DNA of 64,000 bases from Anolis carolinensis (taxonomy: Eukaryota), in NCBI RefSeq assembly GCF_035594765.1, contig NC_085846.1:20881190-20945189 (forward strand), in the 5' to 3' direction. Position 1 is the first letter of the stretch. Every line of letters begins with the position of its first letter. The notes below the pieces were generated by a model. That model worked only from the letters and a program-made list of their open reading frames with translations, made no database searches and was not told where the DNA came from. A program made the position numbers and the translations under genes. This document shows positions 47,968 through 61,115 of the stretch, piece after piece.

Positions 47968-48900
47968 TCATTTTGAATACAATTTCATCAGAAATATTTT
48001 TTTCAGAGCAACCTTCATGTCTTTGTTTCTCAAGGTGTATATCAAGGGGTTTAGCATGGGGGTAACAATGCTGTAAAGGACAGAAATGAGCCTATCCTTT
48101 TCCATTGAATAGGTCGATATTGGTCGGACATAGTTGAAGATGGCACTTCCATAAAACAAGAGAACAATGGTCAGATGTGAAGTGCAGGTGGAGAATGCTT
48201 TGAGTCTCCTTTCACTTGAGCGTACCTTCAGAATGGTAGAGATGATGTAGACATATGAGAGGACTATGCAGACAAAAGGAACCCATCCTATGAAAACTCC
48301 CACAACGAGCAGAATTATCTCGTTAAGGAAGGTGTCTCCACAGGAAAGCAGTAGCAGGGGTGGGATATCACAAAAGAAGTAGTTGAGCTGATTGGACCCA
48401 CAGAATGGGAGTCGGAAAGTCATGTACGTATGTACAATAGAGTTGAGAAAGCCACTTGCCCAGCAAGCACCAACCAACTGGAGACAAAGAACTTTCCTCA
48501 TGATGGTTGCATACTTCAGAGGATGGCATATAGCTACAAAGCGATCATAGGCCATTGCAGCCAACAGGACGCATTCAGTACCCACAAATGAGATAAAGAA
48601 ATAGAGCTGTACTATACACCCAGTGTATGTGATGCTTTTCTCCTCTGACACAAGGTGCACCAGCATCTGTGGGACATTGGTAGTGGTGTAACAGATATCT
48701 AGAAATGAGAGATTCCCTAAGAAAAAGTACATGGGTGTTTGAAGCTGAGGATCCAGACAGGCAATGGTAATGATGCAGATGTTCCCCACCAGAGTACAGG
48801 TATACATAACAAGAAAGATGAAAAATAGCAGCAGCTGCAATTTCTGAAGACTGGAGAAACCTAAGATGAGGAATTCAGTCAGTAATGTGTCATTGAGCAT
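47968..48900 (-). CDS. OR5V1-like: Olfactory receptor, OR5V1-like, intact, 310 aa
   Basis: ATG at 48900 (MLNDT sequon). Splice acceptor TTCATTTTGCAG ends at 48928. Peptides [35 protein letters not shown] and YVRPISTYS closely match mammalian OR5V1 as recalled. Confidence 0.93.
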   Translation of the reverse strand: MLNDTLLTEFLILGFSSLQKLQLLLFFIFLVMYTCTLVGNICIITIACLDPQLQTPMYFFLGNLSFLDICYTTTNVPQMLVHLVSEEKSITYTGCIVQLYFFISFVGTECVLLAAMAYDRFVAICHPLKYATIMRKVLCLQLVGACWASGFLNSIVHTYMTFRLPFCGSNQLNYFFCDIPPLLLLSCGDTFLNEIILLVVGVFIGWVPFVCIVLSYVYIISTILKVRSSERRLKAFSTCTSHLTIVLLFYGSAIFNYVRPISTYSMEKDRLISVLYSIVTPMLNPLIYTLRNKDMKVALKKIFLMKLYSK

Positions 48901-49674
48901 TTTAGAAAGCTCATCTACTTGCTGTGCCTGCAAAATGAATAAAATGGTGAAGTGCTACATTGCTATAAGTAAAGTTTGAAAGTCTTAAGAGTGCTATTAT
49001 ATTCTTTCCCTTCATCATTTAACCAGTTTAAGTCCAGTTCGAAACAGTGAAGCCTGTTCCCTTTCCTGTTTTCTAGTACACAATTACATGAAGTCATGTA
49101 AGTTAAGCAGGTGATATATTACACAGAAAGAAATGCAATTATTCATGTGACATTTTAAGGAAAAATTATCATTGTATATATATCAGTTGTATGCTTAATG
49201 TATTTTCAGTATATTAATGTAACCACCTTCATTAACTTATGGAGCCCAATTCTTCCATATATCAACCTGCTCCTTCTTAAACAAATTGTTGGTAAATATT
49301 TATATTAAAATACAAGCAGCTTAAAAAATTACTATCAAAATGGATAAACTTTGACAGGTACAAGCATTCTATCTCTAAAATTCACATGTCATATATACTC
49401 ACATGTTCTTGTACACACTCTTGACTGTGAATACCACAATTTCATCTATGAGTGGTAACATAAAGGCTGAGCAAGTACACAGCATATTGACCCTGTGTCT
49501 TGCCAGAATTCATGTGATAGATGATACATAGAGAGATAGAGAGATAGATATGAGCCATTTGAAATGAATGAACTTTAGAATTATGATAGTTTAAATGACC
49601 TGCCTGGTTTAGCTGTAAATAAAGTTTACTAAAAATTGCACAGATACTATTCATATTACTACAAAAGATGTATA

Positions 49675-50065
49675 CTCACCATTTAAAAATGTTTAAATTT
49701 CCCTGATGAAGAATGGATGATAAATTGCTGTTGATAAATTGAAAATGTTTTCCAGTTCTGAGAGACAGCCATATGTCAGCAGATATAGAGAGATATTTCA
49801 AGGACTCCACTGTCCTCGATTCTACTTACAGCATTGATAGGCTGCCCATAGTGCCCTTAATGACAAGTCAGACTTTCAGTATGAGGGCTCTCTAGATATG
49901 AGGCTGAAGAAAAGAGATGATGAAACAGAATTATAATTAGGATTAACAAAGAGCAAATTAAGTGCTTTAGTTAATTGAATGATGCTGCATTTAGGTTTGT
50001 TTACACACAGAAGTGTGATTTAAGGAATAAGTCTCAGAAGAAACTTTTCCATGGTCCTAAAGGAT
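49675..50065 (-). promoter_or_regulatory. Putative non-coding first exon and promoter of the OR5V1-like gene
   Basis: Minus-strand donors GGTGAGTA (about 49673-49680) and TGTGAGTA (about 49397-49404). Cluster of TAATTA/TAATTG homeodomain sites at 49930-49980. Confidence 0.35.
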
Positions 50066-50227
50066 TTCTTTAAAATGCACTGTGGAGACATTCCACCAAC
50101 ACAAGTAATTCACCTATATCACATTGTGGATTTTTGGGCTTTATTTTTCAGCTGAAATTCATATTCATCTAAATGGAGTGAATATGAACTTCAACTGACG
50201 CATTTATGAAGCATTTCAACTGAAGCA

Positions 50228-53200
50228 TTCCAGGAGGATGGCCTACTGGCAAGTGATGGGGTGCATCTCACATAAGTAGGAAAACACCTTTTTGCACACA
50301 GACTCACAAACCTCATCAGGCACACTTTAAACTAGATCCACTAGGGGAGGGGTACAACAGCCTTGCGAACAGGTTTTTACCCACAAACATGGAGAACTGC
50401 AAAAAGGATAAATGGAGGACTGCACAAACACAGCAAGGTCCAGGTACCAAGAATGTAATGATCCCAAATAAACAGTTCCGGGGAAGGTCACAGGGGCTTA
50501 CATGTCTTTACACTAATGCACAGAGCATGGGGAATAAGCAAGACAAACTCCAACTTTTAGCACAACACCACACTTATGATGTCATAGGCATCACTGAAAC
50601 CTGGTGGGATGACTCCCATCACTGGAATGTAGACATTGAGGACTATAACCTCTTTCACAGAAATAGAACAAAGGGGAGAGGAGGGGGAGTAGTTTTATAT
50701 GTCAAAAGGAGTTACGCTGCAGAAGACATGCAAGACTGCAATCCGGGAAACCAGCTTGAAAGCATCTGGATAAGAATCAAGGGAACTGTGACTCAAAAAG
50801 ATCTTGTTGTGGGTGTCTACTACAGACCTCCGAGCCAGGATGAAGGACTTAATTAAGGCTTCTGTCAAAAGTTGATGAAACAGGCACAAAGAAGAGATAT
50901 TGTAGTCATGGGCGATTTCAACTATCCCGATATCTGCTGGAAAACAAATTTGGCTGAGAGTACAAAGTCCAACAAATTCCTCGTTTGCCTTGCAGACAAT
51001 TTTATGGTCCAGAAGATAGAAGAGGCAACAAGGGGATCAGCTACTCTTGATCTCATCTTAACAAATGTGGAAGACCTGATCAATGCAATCGAAGTGGTTG
51101 GAACCTTAGAGGCAAATGACAATGTGCTCCTGCAGTTCGCCATACAAAGGAAGGCTGAAACTAAGACAAGTCAAACATGCATTCTGGACTTCAAGAGAGC
51201 TGACTTCCAAAAAATGAAGGAAATACTGAGCGGCATTCCATGGACTCCAATACTAAAAGACAAGAGAGTTAAGGATGGATGGGAGTTTTTCAAAAGTGAA
51301 ATACTTAAGGCGCAATTGCAAACAGTGCCAACAAAGAAAAAAAAATAAGACAAGTGTGAAGAAGCCAGAATGGATGTCCAAAGAGACTCAAAAGAGACAT
51401 GCACAAGAAGTGGAAAAGGGGAGAAATCACCAAAGAAGAATTCAAACAAATAGCCAACTCCTGTAGGGAAAAAGTTCTCAAGGCTAAAGCGCAAAACGAG
51501 CTCAGGCTTGCCAGAGACATTAAAAACAATAAAAAGGCCTTTTTTGCTTACGTCAGTAGAAAAAAGAAGAACAAGGAGGCGATAGGGCCTCTGCGAGGAG
51601 AAGATGGGGTGATGGTGACAGGGGACAGGGAAAAGGCAGAACTATTTAACGCCTTCTTTGCCTCTGTCTTCTCACAAAAAGAAAGCTGTCTTCAACCTCA
51701 GCAACATAGAATGAACAAAGGATTAGGGGAAATCCAACCCAAAATAGAGAAACAAGTTGTCCAGGAACACCTGGCTGCTCTAAATGAATTCAAGTCCCCA
51801 GGGCCAGATCAACTACATCCAAGAGTATTGAAGGAACTAGCAAAAGTTATTTCAGAACCACTGGCAATAATCTTTGAGAGCTTTTGGAGAACAGGAGAAG
51901 TCCCAGCAGATTGGAGGAGGGCGAATGTGGTCCCTATCTTCAAGAAGGGAAAAAAAGGACAACTCAAATAATTACCGTCCAGTCAGCCACACATCGATAC
52001 CAGGCAAGATTCTGGAAAAGATAGTTAAGGAAGTGGCTTGCGAACACTTAGAACACAAATGCAGTCATTGCTAATAGTCAACACGGATTTATCAAAAACA
52101 AGTTATGCCAGACTAATCTGATATCTTTTTTCGATAGAGTCACAAGCTGGGTCGATACAGGTAATGCTGTGGAAGTAGCGTATCTGGATTTCAGTAGGGC
52201 CTTTAACAAAGTCACCCATGACCTTCTGGCAAACAAACTAGTAAAATGTGGGCTAGATAAAACTACAGTTAGGTGGATCTGTAATTGGTTAAGTGAACAA
52301 ACTCAAAGGGTGCTCACCTATGCATTGTCTTCATCATGGAAAGAAGTGACAAGTGGAGTGCCACAGGGCTCCGTCCTGGGCCCGGTTCTGTTCAACATCT
52401 TTATTAACGACTTAGACAAAGGGTTAGAAGGCACAATCATTAAGTTTACAGACGACACCAAACTGGGAGGGATAGCTAACACTCCAGAAGACAGGACCAG
52501 AATCCAAAACGATCTTGACAGACTAGTGAGATGGGCCGAAACTAACAAAATGAAGTTCAAAGGGACAAATGCAAGATACTTCACTTTGGCAGAAAAAATG
52601 AAATACAAAGATACAGAATGGGGGACGCCTGGCTCGATAGCAGTATGTGTGAAAAAGACCTTGGAGTCCTCGTAGACAACAAGTTAAACATGAGCCAACA
52701 ATGTGGTGCGGCTGCTAAGAAAGCCAACAGGATTCTGGCCTGCAGCAATAGGAGTATAGCGTCTAGATCCAGAGAAGTCATGCTCCCCCTCTATTCTGCC
52801 TTGGTCAGACCACACCTGGAATACTGTGTCCAATTCTGGGCACCACAAATGAAGGGAGATGTTGACAAGCTGAAAGGTGTCCAGAGGAGGGCAACTAAAA
52901 TGATCAAGGGTCTAAATAAAACAAGCTGGGTTATTGAGGCCACAACTTCATTTTTGTTGGCCGGTTATAACCTCACTCTGACAACAAAAGTGGCCTTGTA
53001 TTTGTTTAAAGCTGCTAAAAGGAGATCAGAGTACATAGATCAGATTGGGGTGCAGTGCAGGGGAGATGAGGATAGTTGATGCATAGATCTTTAGCTAAAC
53101 TACATTGGCACCAAGCAGGCAGACACCTGTATATCTGTATTTTATTTTAAGTGAACCAGATGTATGTTGTATGTTGTTTTTGTATTGTCTGTCCTTGATA

Positions 53201-53671
53201 AGGCCAACTGGCTAATCAATAAATTGTTGTTGTTGATCAAGGGTCTGGAGAACAAGCCCTATGAGGAGTGGCTTAAAGAACTGGGCATGTTTAGCCTGCA
53301 GAAGAGAAGGCTGAGAGGAGACATGATAGCCATGTACAAATACATGAGGGGAAGTCATAGGGAGGAGGGAGCGAGCTTGTTTTCTGCCGCCCTGCAGACT
53401 AGGATGTGGAACAATGGCTTCAAACTACAGGAAAGGAGATTCCACCTGAACATCAGGAAGAACTTCCTCACCGTGAGAGCTGTTCGGCAGTGAAACTCTC
53501 TGCCTCGGACTGTGGTGGAGACTCCTTCCTTGGAGACTTTTAAGCAGAGGCTGGATGGCCATCTGTCGGGGGTGCTTTGAATGCGATTTCCTGCTTCTTG
53601 GCAGGGGGTTGAACTAGATGGCTCATGAGGTCTCTTCCAACTCTATTATTCTATGATTCTATGATTCTATG
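50228..53671 (+). mobile_element. CR1 LINE of 3.4 kb: ORF1 C-terminus plus degenerate full ORF2 (APE endonuclease and RT)
   Basis: DGLLASDGVHL (SGNH-esterase ORF1 end); YTNAQS, GITETW, GDFN and LDLIL (APE); NYRPVS, GVPQGS and FTDD (RT); (ATTCTATG)n tail. Several stops and frameshifts. Confidence 0.95.
52914..53233 (+). mobile_element. Non-LTR retroelement 3' fragment (possibly RTE-X-like) nested in CR1
   Basis: 13-bp TSD TGATCAAGGGTCT at 52901-52913 and 53234-53246. ORF end [25 protein letters not shown], then AATAAA and a (TTG)n tail. Confidence 0.8.
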
Positions 53672-53907
53672 AACATATCTGAATTTATCTCACAAAATGA
53701 ATATGTTTGCTCTATTTGTGCATTTAAGTCAAATTAATAGAGCCAAATGTCCTCTAAAAAAAGTAAGGTGATGTTTTCTGTGCCCACTCCCTCCTCTTTC
53801 ATATGAACTAAGGAAAGTTCTAATATAAGGTGTGATGCAATCAAGGAGGTTGTGGGGCCCATAATCTAACAGAGAGAGAAATCAAGCTTTCATACTAGGG
53901 TTTAGCT

Positions 53908-53998
53908 CAGGCATAGACAATCTTTGGCCCTCCAGGTATTTTGGACTTCAACTCCCACAATTCCTAAAAGACTACCGGCCGAAGTTTGCCCATGCCTC
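53908..53998. mobile_element. Internally deleted hAT MITE
   Basis: CAGGCATAGACAA...TTTGCCCATGCCTC; flanks GTTTAGCT/GTTTAGAT. Confidence 0.65.
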
Positions 53999-54689
53999 GT
54001 TTAGATTCTTAACATCTATGATTGCCTCTTGCCTCTTGGCATCCATTTCTCAAATCTTAAATGACTCACTATTTGATCATCCACAGAAATACCTGTTTAT
54101 CAATTTACAAATATATTTAACAAATTTAGCTGTTATCAACATATGTTTGGCACACATCCTGCTGACATCTATGTGTTTTGTTCTGACTGGTTTAAATTTT
54201 AGTCCATCAGTTTGAATTTTGACATTAAAGTAAGCTATTCTCTTCCTTTCTAGACAGAGGTGGATATCTTCTTTAATTCTAGCAGAATCTCAAAGATGCC
54301 CACTTCTATCTAAATGTCTCTCTGAACCGTGAAAAATTTTTATCAGAGCTTTGAAAAACTGAACCTTACTGCTAAACCCTCTCTTTGTGTGATGGAGATA
54401 ATGGAACAGTTGGATTCCCCTGAATAACAACAAAACCAACACCAACACCATCACCAGCAGCTTGGTGAAGACCTATATATACAGAGATGATTGTGTGATT
54501 ATTTAGTTAGACATCCAAAATGGGTTAAAATGAATATACTTCATACACACTACTATAATTACTAGATAAAACCCTTCTAGGAATTAGACAAGCTGACTAT
54601 AATATAAAATTTCTATATATTTTACCATTCAGGAACACATCTCAAGAGTATTACGATATTCCCAAAATGTATGTATTCTCACAGGTTCA

Positions 54690-54735
54690 CATAAATTAAT
54701 TTCCAGGGAAATGAATTCTCAAGATGGGATATGTT
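54690..54735 (+). promoter_or_regulatory. Candidate homeodomain + O/E promoter module for OR 56644
   Basis: AAATTAATT directly followed by TTCCAGGGAA and TCTCAAGAT. Downstream consensus donors AGGTGAGT at about 55073 and 56251. Confidence 0.35.
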
Positions 54736-56643
54736 AATATTGCTTCATTCCCACCTACCAAATTGTGGAGTTCTTATGTCTCTGATTCTCTCTGTGCAAA
54801 TGCAGTAAGCCTTACCTGAGTCTGAACATAACATTTTTAAAACCGTTGAATGTATTTCTTTATTTTGATATTTCCATTCAATTTGAAAAGAAGTGATAGC
54901 CCTGACAAAGATGTAGAATCCATACTTGTGTTATTTAGACCCATGTTTATTCAAATGTGAAGAAAAGATCTGAAATGAGCTAAAACGATTTTGGTCTATT
55001 CCATTCTTTTAATGAAAGTGATTTTTTTGTCATAAATATGAATGTGAGACAGAAAAAAGAGCTCTCTGTGTTAGGTGAGTAGCTTTGATTAATTTTAATC
55101 TAATAAATATATACTAGATGTCTGTATTATGCACTTGTAAGCTTCCTTACAGATAAGGTTGTTCTTTTTGGCATTGACATTAAATCTGTATTCAGTTTAT
55201 TGTTCTGCAAGTCTAACAGCTGCATATGCAGCTGTACATGCTTGGATGGGGTGTAGCTATTTGTCAATGTCCTGAGGGTACTACCTAAAACAGCAATTAA
55301 ATTTACAAATACAAAATTGTTTGTACAATATTGTTACTCAGTAGGAGAAAGGTGTAACACAACTCGCACTTAACTACATTATTGCAAATATACAAGATGC
55401 ATAGATGTTGTAAGATCACTGATGTAGGATTTTTTTCAAATGTAAGAATTTAATTTAACTTTTAAGAGAAAATTGCACAATTGCTTTCCTTCTCTGAAGT
55501 ATAATATAGCTCTGTCTTTTTCTATAAGAGTTCTTCACATTTGCAAAAATGATTTCCCCGCACAAATTGTTTAGTTAAGCAAAACTACAATACGTACTGT
55601 CATTGTATGAGCTCAAAAAATAAAAAGCATCTGGTGGGTTAACTGCATTTTTCTATCCATCAGTCCTTTGTTTATTGGGACTGTGCTTAGCTTCAAAAGG
55701 AAAAAGCCAGTAATCTTGTGGAGAGTCATTTTGAGCAAATTATGGAAATCTGAGTAAGAAAAGTTCAGTATTGGTCATTTTCATACTGGAGATACAAATT
55801 GCAGTGAAGCATAGTAATTTCCCAGTATGCTGTTTTGAGATCTTAATTTCTTTCAGTAAAAATTGGGATTATTCAGATATGTATAGGACTTATGTGCACA
55901 AGGTTCCATTGTATTCTGGTGATAAATCCTACTAGCTATCTGGGTTTTGCTGCCAGTCGACATTGACTGGAAAAGTAGCCTAAACCTAAATATGATTTGC
56001 ACTTAAAAATAAGGGAAGAGCCCAGCTGAATCAGCCTAAAAGTCTACCTGTTTCCTGATATGGAACTCATTATTCAGAGAAACACTATTGTCATCTTGGA
56101 AATAATATATCTGCATCATTACTATTAACTTTATCCCATAGCTTCCTGCACCATCAGAAAATCTGCTTGTGGGTGGAAGAAATTGTGAAGCAGGCTTTCG
56201 GGGAACACACGGGGCTTTCAGAGAGAAGAAGATGAGAAAAAGGACTTTTCAGGTGAGTTGACTTCTACTCACATAATATAGACTTCGCCCAAGGATATTA
56301 GAGCATCTCTAGCTGCATTTCATAAACTAGTGGTTTATTTTCCATTGTTTGGTTATTGCAACGATCAATGAGTTTCTAATATATTTATCCCCAAATGAAC
56401 CAATTTCTATGTGAGTAGAGATATGTTTCAGTTGACATAAATGTGTGTGTAATGCTTGGATGTGAACAAAAAGGTTGTTATTCAGAAAAAATAGGTACAA
56501 GGAGCTTGATGGCTTATGCAGTCACATCAACATATCCAAGTCTCTCATGCCAATTGTTCTGTTTGTCTCCCTTTTATGTTTATTATTGAACCGAATTCTT
56601 CATCTTCTTTTCATCCACTTGTTTTCTAGATAAGAGACCTGTC

Positions 56644-57591
56644 ATGAATAGTGCAATGGAAAACCAAACAGCGACGGTAAAGTTTCTTTTATTGGGCTTT
56701 ACTGATGATGCAACGCTCCAGATTTTCCTATTTTTGATTTTCTTACTAATATACATAATAACTCTGTCAGGAAATGTGCTCATTATGTTGGTGATAAAGG
56801 CTGATCCACAGCTGCACACACCTATGTATTTCTTTCTTACCAACTTATCATTAATTGATATTTGCTTTTCCTCTGTGACAGTTCCCAAAATGCTTGAAAA
56901 TCTTTTGGCTACAGAAAAGACAATTTCTCTCAGTAGCTGCATTGCACAAATCTTTTTCTTTATTTTCATGGTTGGGACAGAGATCTTCTTACTCTCAGCA
57001 ATGGCATATGATCGCTATGCTGCTATATGTCACCCACTAAGATACAGCACCATTATCAGTCGCCAAGCTTGCTCCCAAATGGTGCTAGGTGCATGGATAT
57101 CAGGCTTTGTGGACTCCCTTGTAAATACTCTCTTTCTAACTGGCTTACATTTCCGTAATCGTGGCAGCATCAATCATTTCAGCTGTGAATTACCTTTGCT
57201 ACTGCAGTTATCTTGCACAAGTACTTTTGCCAATGAAATGGTGATTCTCACTTTCAGCATGGCACTAGGGTTTGCCTCCCTCCTTCTGATTATAGCTTCT
57301 TACGTTCGTATTATTAGCACCGTTCTCAAGATACAATCTGCTGATGGAAGGCAGAAGGCATTCTCTACTTGTACTTCCCATCTCATGGTGGTGCTTTTGT
57401 TTTGTGGGACTGCATTCATTCGGTACATGCGACCAGCATCAAGTTATTCAGAAACAGTAGATAAGCTTGTGTCAGTTCAGTACAGCATTCTAACCCCGAT
57501 GTTAAATGCCATTATATATAGCCTAAAAAACAAAGAAGTGAAGAAAGCTATAAAGAAGCTAGTTAAAAATAAGATTTTGACATTGTTTTAA
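56644..57591 (+). CDS. Olfactory receptor (class II), open frame, 315 aa (311 aa from Met 56656)
   Basis: NQT sequon, LHTPMYFFL, MAYDRYAAIC, KAFSTC and PMLNAIIYSLKN. Confidence 0.93.
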   Translation: MNSAMENQTATVKFLLLGFTDDATLQIFLFLIFLLIYIITLSGNVLIMLVIKADPQLHTPMYFFLTNLSLIDICFSSVTVPKMLENLLATEKTISLSSCIAQIFFFIFMVGTEIFLLSAMAYDRYAAICHPLRYSTIISRQACSQMVLGAWISGFVDSLVNTLFLTGLHFRNRGSINHFSCELPLLLQLSCTSTFANEMVILTFSMALGFASLLLIIASYVRIISTVLKIQSADGRQKAFSTCTSHLMVVLLFCGTAFIRYMRPASSYSETVDKLVSVQYSILTPMLNAIIYSLKNKEVKKAIKKLVKNKILTLF

Positions 57592-58410
57592 GGAAAAGAG
57601 AAAATGAAGAAATGGGATGTGATGAATCAAGTAATGTTCATACTGTTGGAAATTTATGTATTTATTGGGTTGTTAAATTTATATTCCTCCTTTAATCTTA
57701 CACACATGGCTCTACTGTTCCTTAGCAACCACCATCTTCACCAACCAAAGCAGACAATAGTCTGACTGACATGAACACAATGGCAATATCACAAATGAAA
57801 TATTATGAAGTTGATAACATAATTATTATGAGAATAAACTATGTTACTCATAAGACCAGCTTGGAAAGTGGCAATATTGGAAACCACATTGCAAAATAAA
57901 GAGGCCAGACAACAAAATACAGTATAAAAGGGCAATTATTTAACTTATTTATTCATTAAACTTCTGCAACCTGCAGAAAAGGGGTTAACTAATGGGTATA
58001 GTCAAGGGATATCAGTTCTTTGACTATCTCCACAGATCACCCTGTGCCAGCACATCAAACTTGAAGGCAATGCAAACTGTTTTGGTTCCTCGCCCTAGCC
58101 AGTCTTAAGAGGGTACTTCCTCCTAAACCACAGGGTTGCCCCTTTCCCAGTTCCCCAAGCATAGAACCAAGAAAGTGACTTCCAGAAGCCTACCCTTAAC
58201 ACACAAAGGGAATGTCTTGGTGTCTACAAATCCAATTAAAATTTTTACATGTCAGTGACAACCTATTTAAGTGACATCACCTCAAGCCAATTTCTACATC
58301 GAACAGAAGCAATGTGGGGTTGGCAAAAAAATGTGGAGCAAATGCAAAGGGGAAAAGTTCTACCTGGCCCTGATGCAACCACTCGCACTATCCTCAGTGT
58401 TGGTCACATC

Positions 58411-58940
58411 AACAACAACAACTTTATTTTTGTAACCTGACTCCATCTCCCCAAAGGGACTGAGGGCGGCTTACATTTGGCACAAAGTGCCTAAAACAAC
58501 GCATAAAATAAACACACAGTACAATACAACATAAAACCAGTAGTATTAAAACAATTTCAACTCAGAACAGTACCCAATAACCTATAGTGTCAACTGTCAT
58601 AAAAACATGGCCATCTCTAAACAATAAGAAAGGAAAGGGATAATGCAAGTTGTAGCTAAGGAACAGGGGCATGGGATGAAAGTGATGCGTTGTATCATAA
58701 TTGGGCTAGACATTCTCAAAGGCTTGTCTAAACATCCAAGTCTTCAATTACCTCCGGAAGGAGGACAGGGTGGGGGCCTGCCTAATCTCCCTGGGGAGGG
58801 TGTTCCAAATCTGGGAGGGCCACCACCAAGAAGGCCCTCTCCCTTGTCCACACTAACCATGCTTGTGAAGGTGGCAGCACCATGAGGAGGGCCTCCCCAA
58901 CAGTTCTTAATGCTTGTGCAGGTACATATGGGAGGGGGGA
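58411..58940 (-). mobile_element. L2 3' fragment
   Basis: (TTG)n-type tail, reverse L2 3' stem, and a degenerate ORF end (compare 8720-8900). Confidence 0.8.
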
Positions 58941-58941
58941 T

Positions 58942-59245
58942 CAGGGGCGGCCCTAGGTAATTTTGCCTTGTAAGCGAACCTAGTGGCCTCGCTCCCCCCC
59001 CCAAAATTGCGCCCCCCCACCCCCAAGGCCCCACACATACGTCCTTCATTGGCGGCGGTGGAATCGGGGGCGAGGGCGGCAAGGACCATCACCTACCTCT
59101 GAGGCAAAGGCCTCAACTGAGGCCTAGCTCTTCTCGCAAGGCCTTCCGCGTTTGCCGTGGATGGAGGCAATGGTCCCCGCCGCCGCTTCCCCCCTCAGCG
59201 AACGCGGAAGGCCTCATCTGAGGCCTAGCTCTTCTCGCGAGGTCT
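58942..59245. mobile_element. GC-rich hAT-like fragment with internal palindromes
   Basis: CAGGGGCGGCCCTAGGTAATTTT matches the reverse-complement end of 24193-24855. AGGCCTCA.CTGAGGCCTAGCTCTTCTCGC occurs twice. Confidence 0.55.
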
Positions 59246-59374
59246 TTAATACTTTAAAGGCACCCGATCTCATATAATTTGGGAAGCCTAGGCCCCTTCC
59301 GCACAGCTGAATGAAATTCCACAATATCTGCTTCTTTGGGGATGTGTGCGGGGGATTGTACAGTTAGTCTAGAT

Positions 59375-59748
59375 CAGGGGTCCCAAAACTAAGGCCTGAG
59401 GGCCAGATGCAACCCTCCAAAATCATTTACCCAGCCCTCTTCCTAAATTTTAGAATTAGGGTCATCCTAAGTCTGAAATGACTTGAAGGCACACAACAAC
59501 AACAATCCTAATTAACTTGACTATCTCATCAGCCAAAAGCAGACCACACTTCCCATTTAAATACTGGTACATTAAAATTGCTCTTCATTTTAAACATTGC
59601 ATTGTTCTTTCGTGTGTGTTTTGGCACCACAAGTAAGATATGTGCAGTGTGCATAAGAATCAATTAATTTTTTTTCAAACTATTGTCCAGCCCTCAAATA
59701 TCTAAAGGACTGTGAACTGAAGCTCTGCTTAAAAAATGAGAACCTCTG
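59375..59748. mobile_element. hAT (Charlie-like) MITE
   Basis: CAGGGGTCCCAAA...GAGAACCTCTG; perfect TSD GTCTAGAT at 59367-59374 and 59749-59756. Confidence 0.85.
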
Positions 59749-60494
59749 GTCTAGATCTACAACTAGTCTGAATTTAATGTGTATTTTAATATATGCAATT
59801 TTTGGGACAACACCCCTCCCAAATGTTTTAGGTTAAAATAAACCTTATTTTCTCATGAATTTTAATTGGTTAACTGATTCATAAGTAAACCAGCTTTTTT
59901 TAACCTGAAATATTTCAGGGAGGCTACAGGACTGGATTAGCCATGTCTAGTTTAAGTTCCATGCATTTCAATGTGTATGCCGCAGGTAAGACAGATATTG
60001 GATGTAACATTCATATTTGAATTCAAAACAAAAGACAATTCTGTTGCATATAATATTACTATAACCTCCTCTTCCCAGAGTTGTCCAAACTGTGTCACCT
60101 AAGGTTTCAATTAGGAGGAGGAGACTAGTATAAGTTCACACATTAGAAGAAATGCTCAGTCCTTAATCCTCTTTTGCCAGTAAAATAGTTTTATCTGTTT
60201 TACCCCACTGGGGGGAAATATGGGCATCTCTTTGTTTTCCTTTGTAAATGCAGCCACAGCTTATTAAAGCTGGTTTTGAAGTAGAGAAAGAGCATGAAAT
60301 ATTAGATTCTCCAACACTCGCACAGTAGATCTCCCATTTTAAACTAGAGCCTCAGTAGTGGCAATTGCCAGAAAATGGCAATTATGAATGGCTGTTAATG
60401 CCACCAATATAATTCTTCAGGTAGTCTCTAAAGTTCTACAAGATTCCTTGCATACTGATATTCCCATGCCCTTCCAGATGGGACCCAAAATGCA

Positions 60495-61115
60495 GGCCCT
60501 GTCAGACTTTTACCTGAGGCGTTCAAACGATGCCACAGGTAAAAGATGATTAAATTGGGACATAGCAGGTAAACCCTGCTTTGTACTGAATTATTTAGAT
60601 AACCCATTAGAAATTGGGTCTTCCTGAAAGGCTTGGGTCTAATGGGTATGGGCCCTGTGGAGACACCCCCAAGTAGTCCGGGGACTGTTGAGGAGTCATT
60701 TCCCACAGTCCAATTCGCTTCTTCGGGCTCCATGAGGCAGGAGAAGTGACAAAGGCACCCACCCCCTCCCCAACCCTCCTAAAAAGCCCATAAAAGGAAA
60801 CTTACAGAGTACTATGAGACCTCTCTGGCAAGCCTCCTGGTGCATAGAAATGATGTGCCATGAGCCAATTCTCTCCTGCCCTATCCGCCTCCTGGCACAT
60901 CATTTCAATGCACTGGGAGGCCTGCTGAAGAGGCCTCATGGCACCCAGTAAGTTTCTTCTTATTTTAAGTGTTTTTTTCAGTAAGGGGATTCGGATGCAC
61001 CATGCCAACACAGAAGTTAGCATGGCAACACCAACCGGAAAAGCCCAGTTGTTTTGTGCAAGGTGTGGAGACTTAAACCCACGTCAAAGGCAGTTTAAGC
61101 CCCATCTGGAAGCAC
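60495..61115. mobile_element. Degenerate Harbinger-like element (same family as 1-494)
   Basis: GGCCCTGTCAGAC...ATCTGGAAGCAC followed by TAA; internal homology to 100-330. Confidence 0.45.

Noticed and set aside
56583-56969. Antisense ORFs overlapping ORs and V2R (also 9665-10117, 17653-18139, 32993-33211, 62685-62906)
   Set aside because: Shadow frames caused by hydrophobic codon bias.
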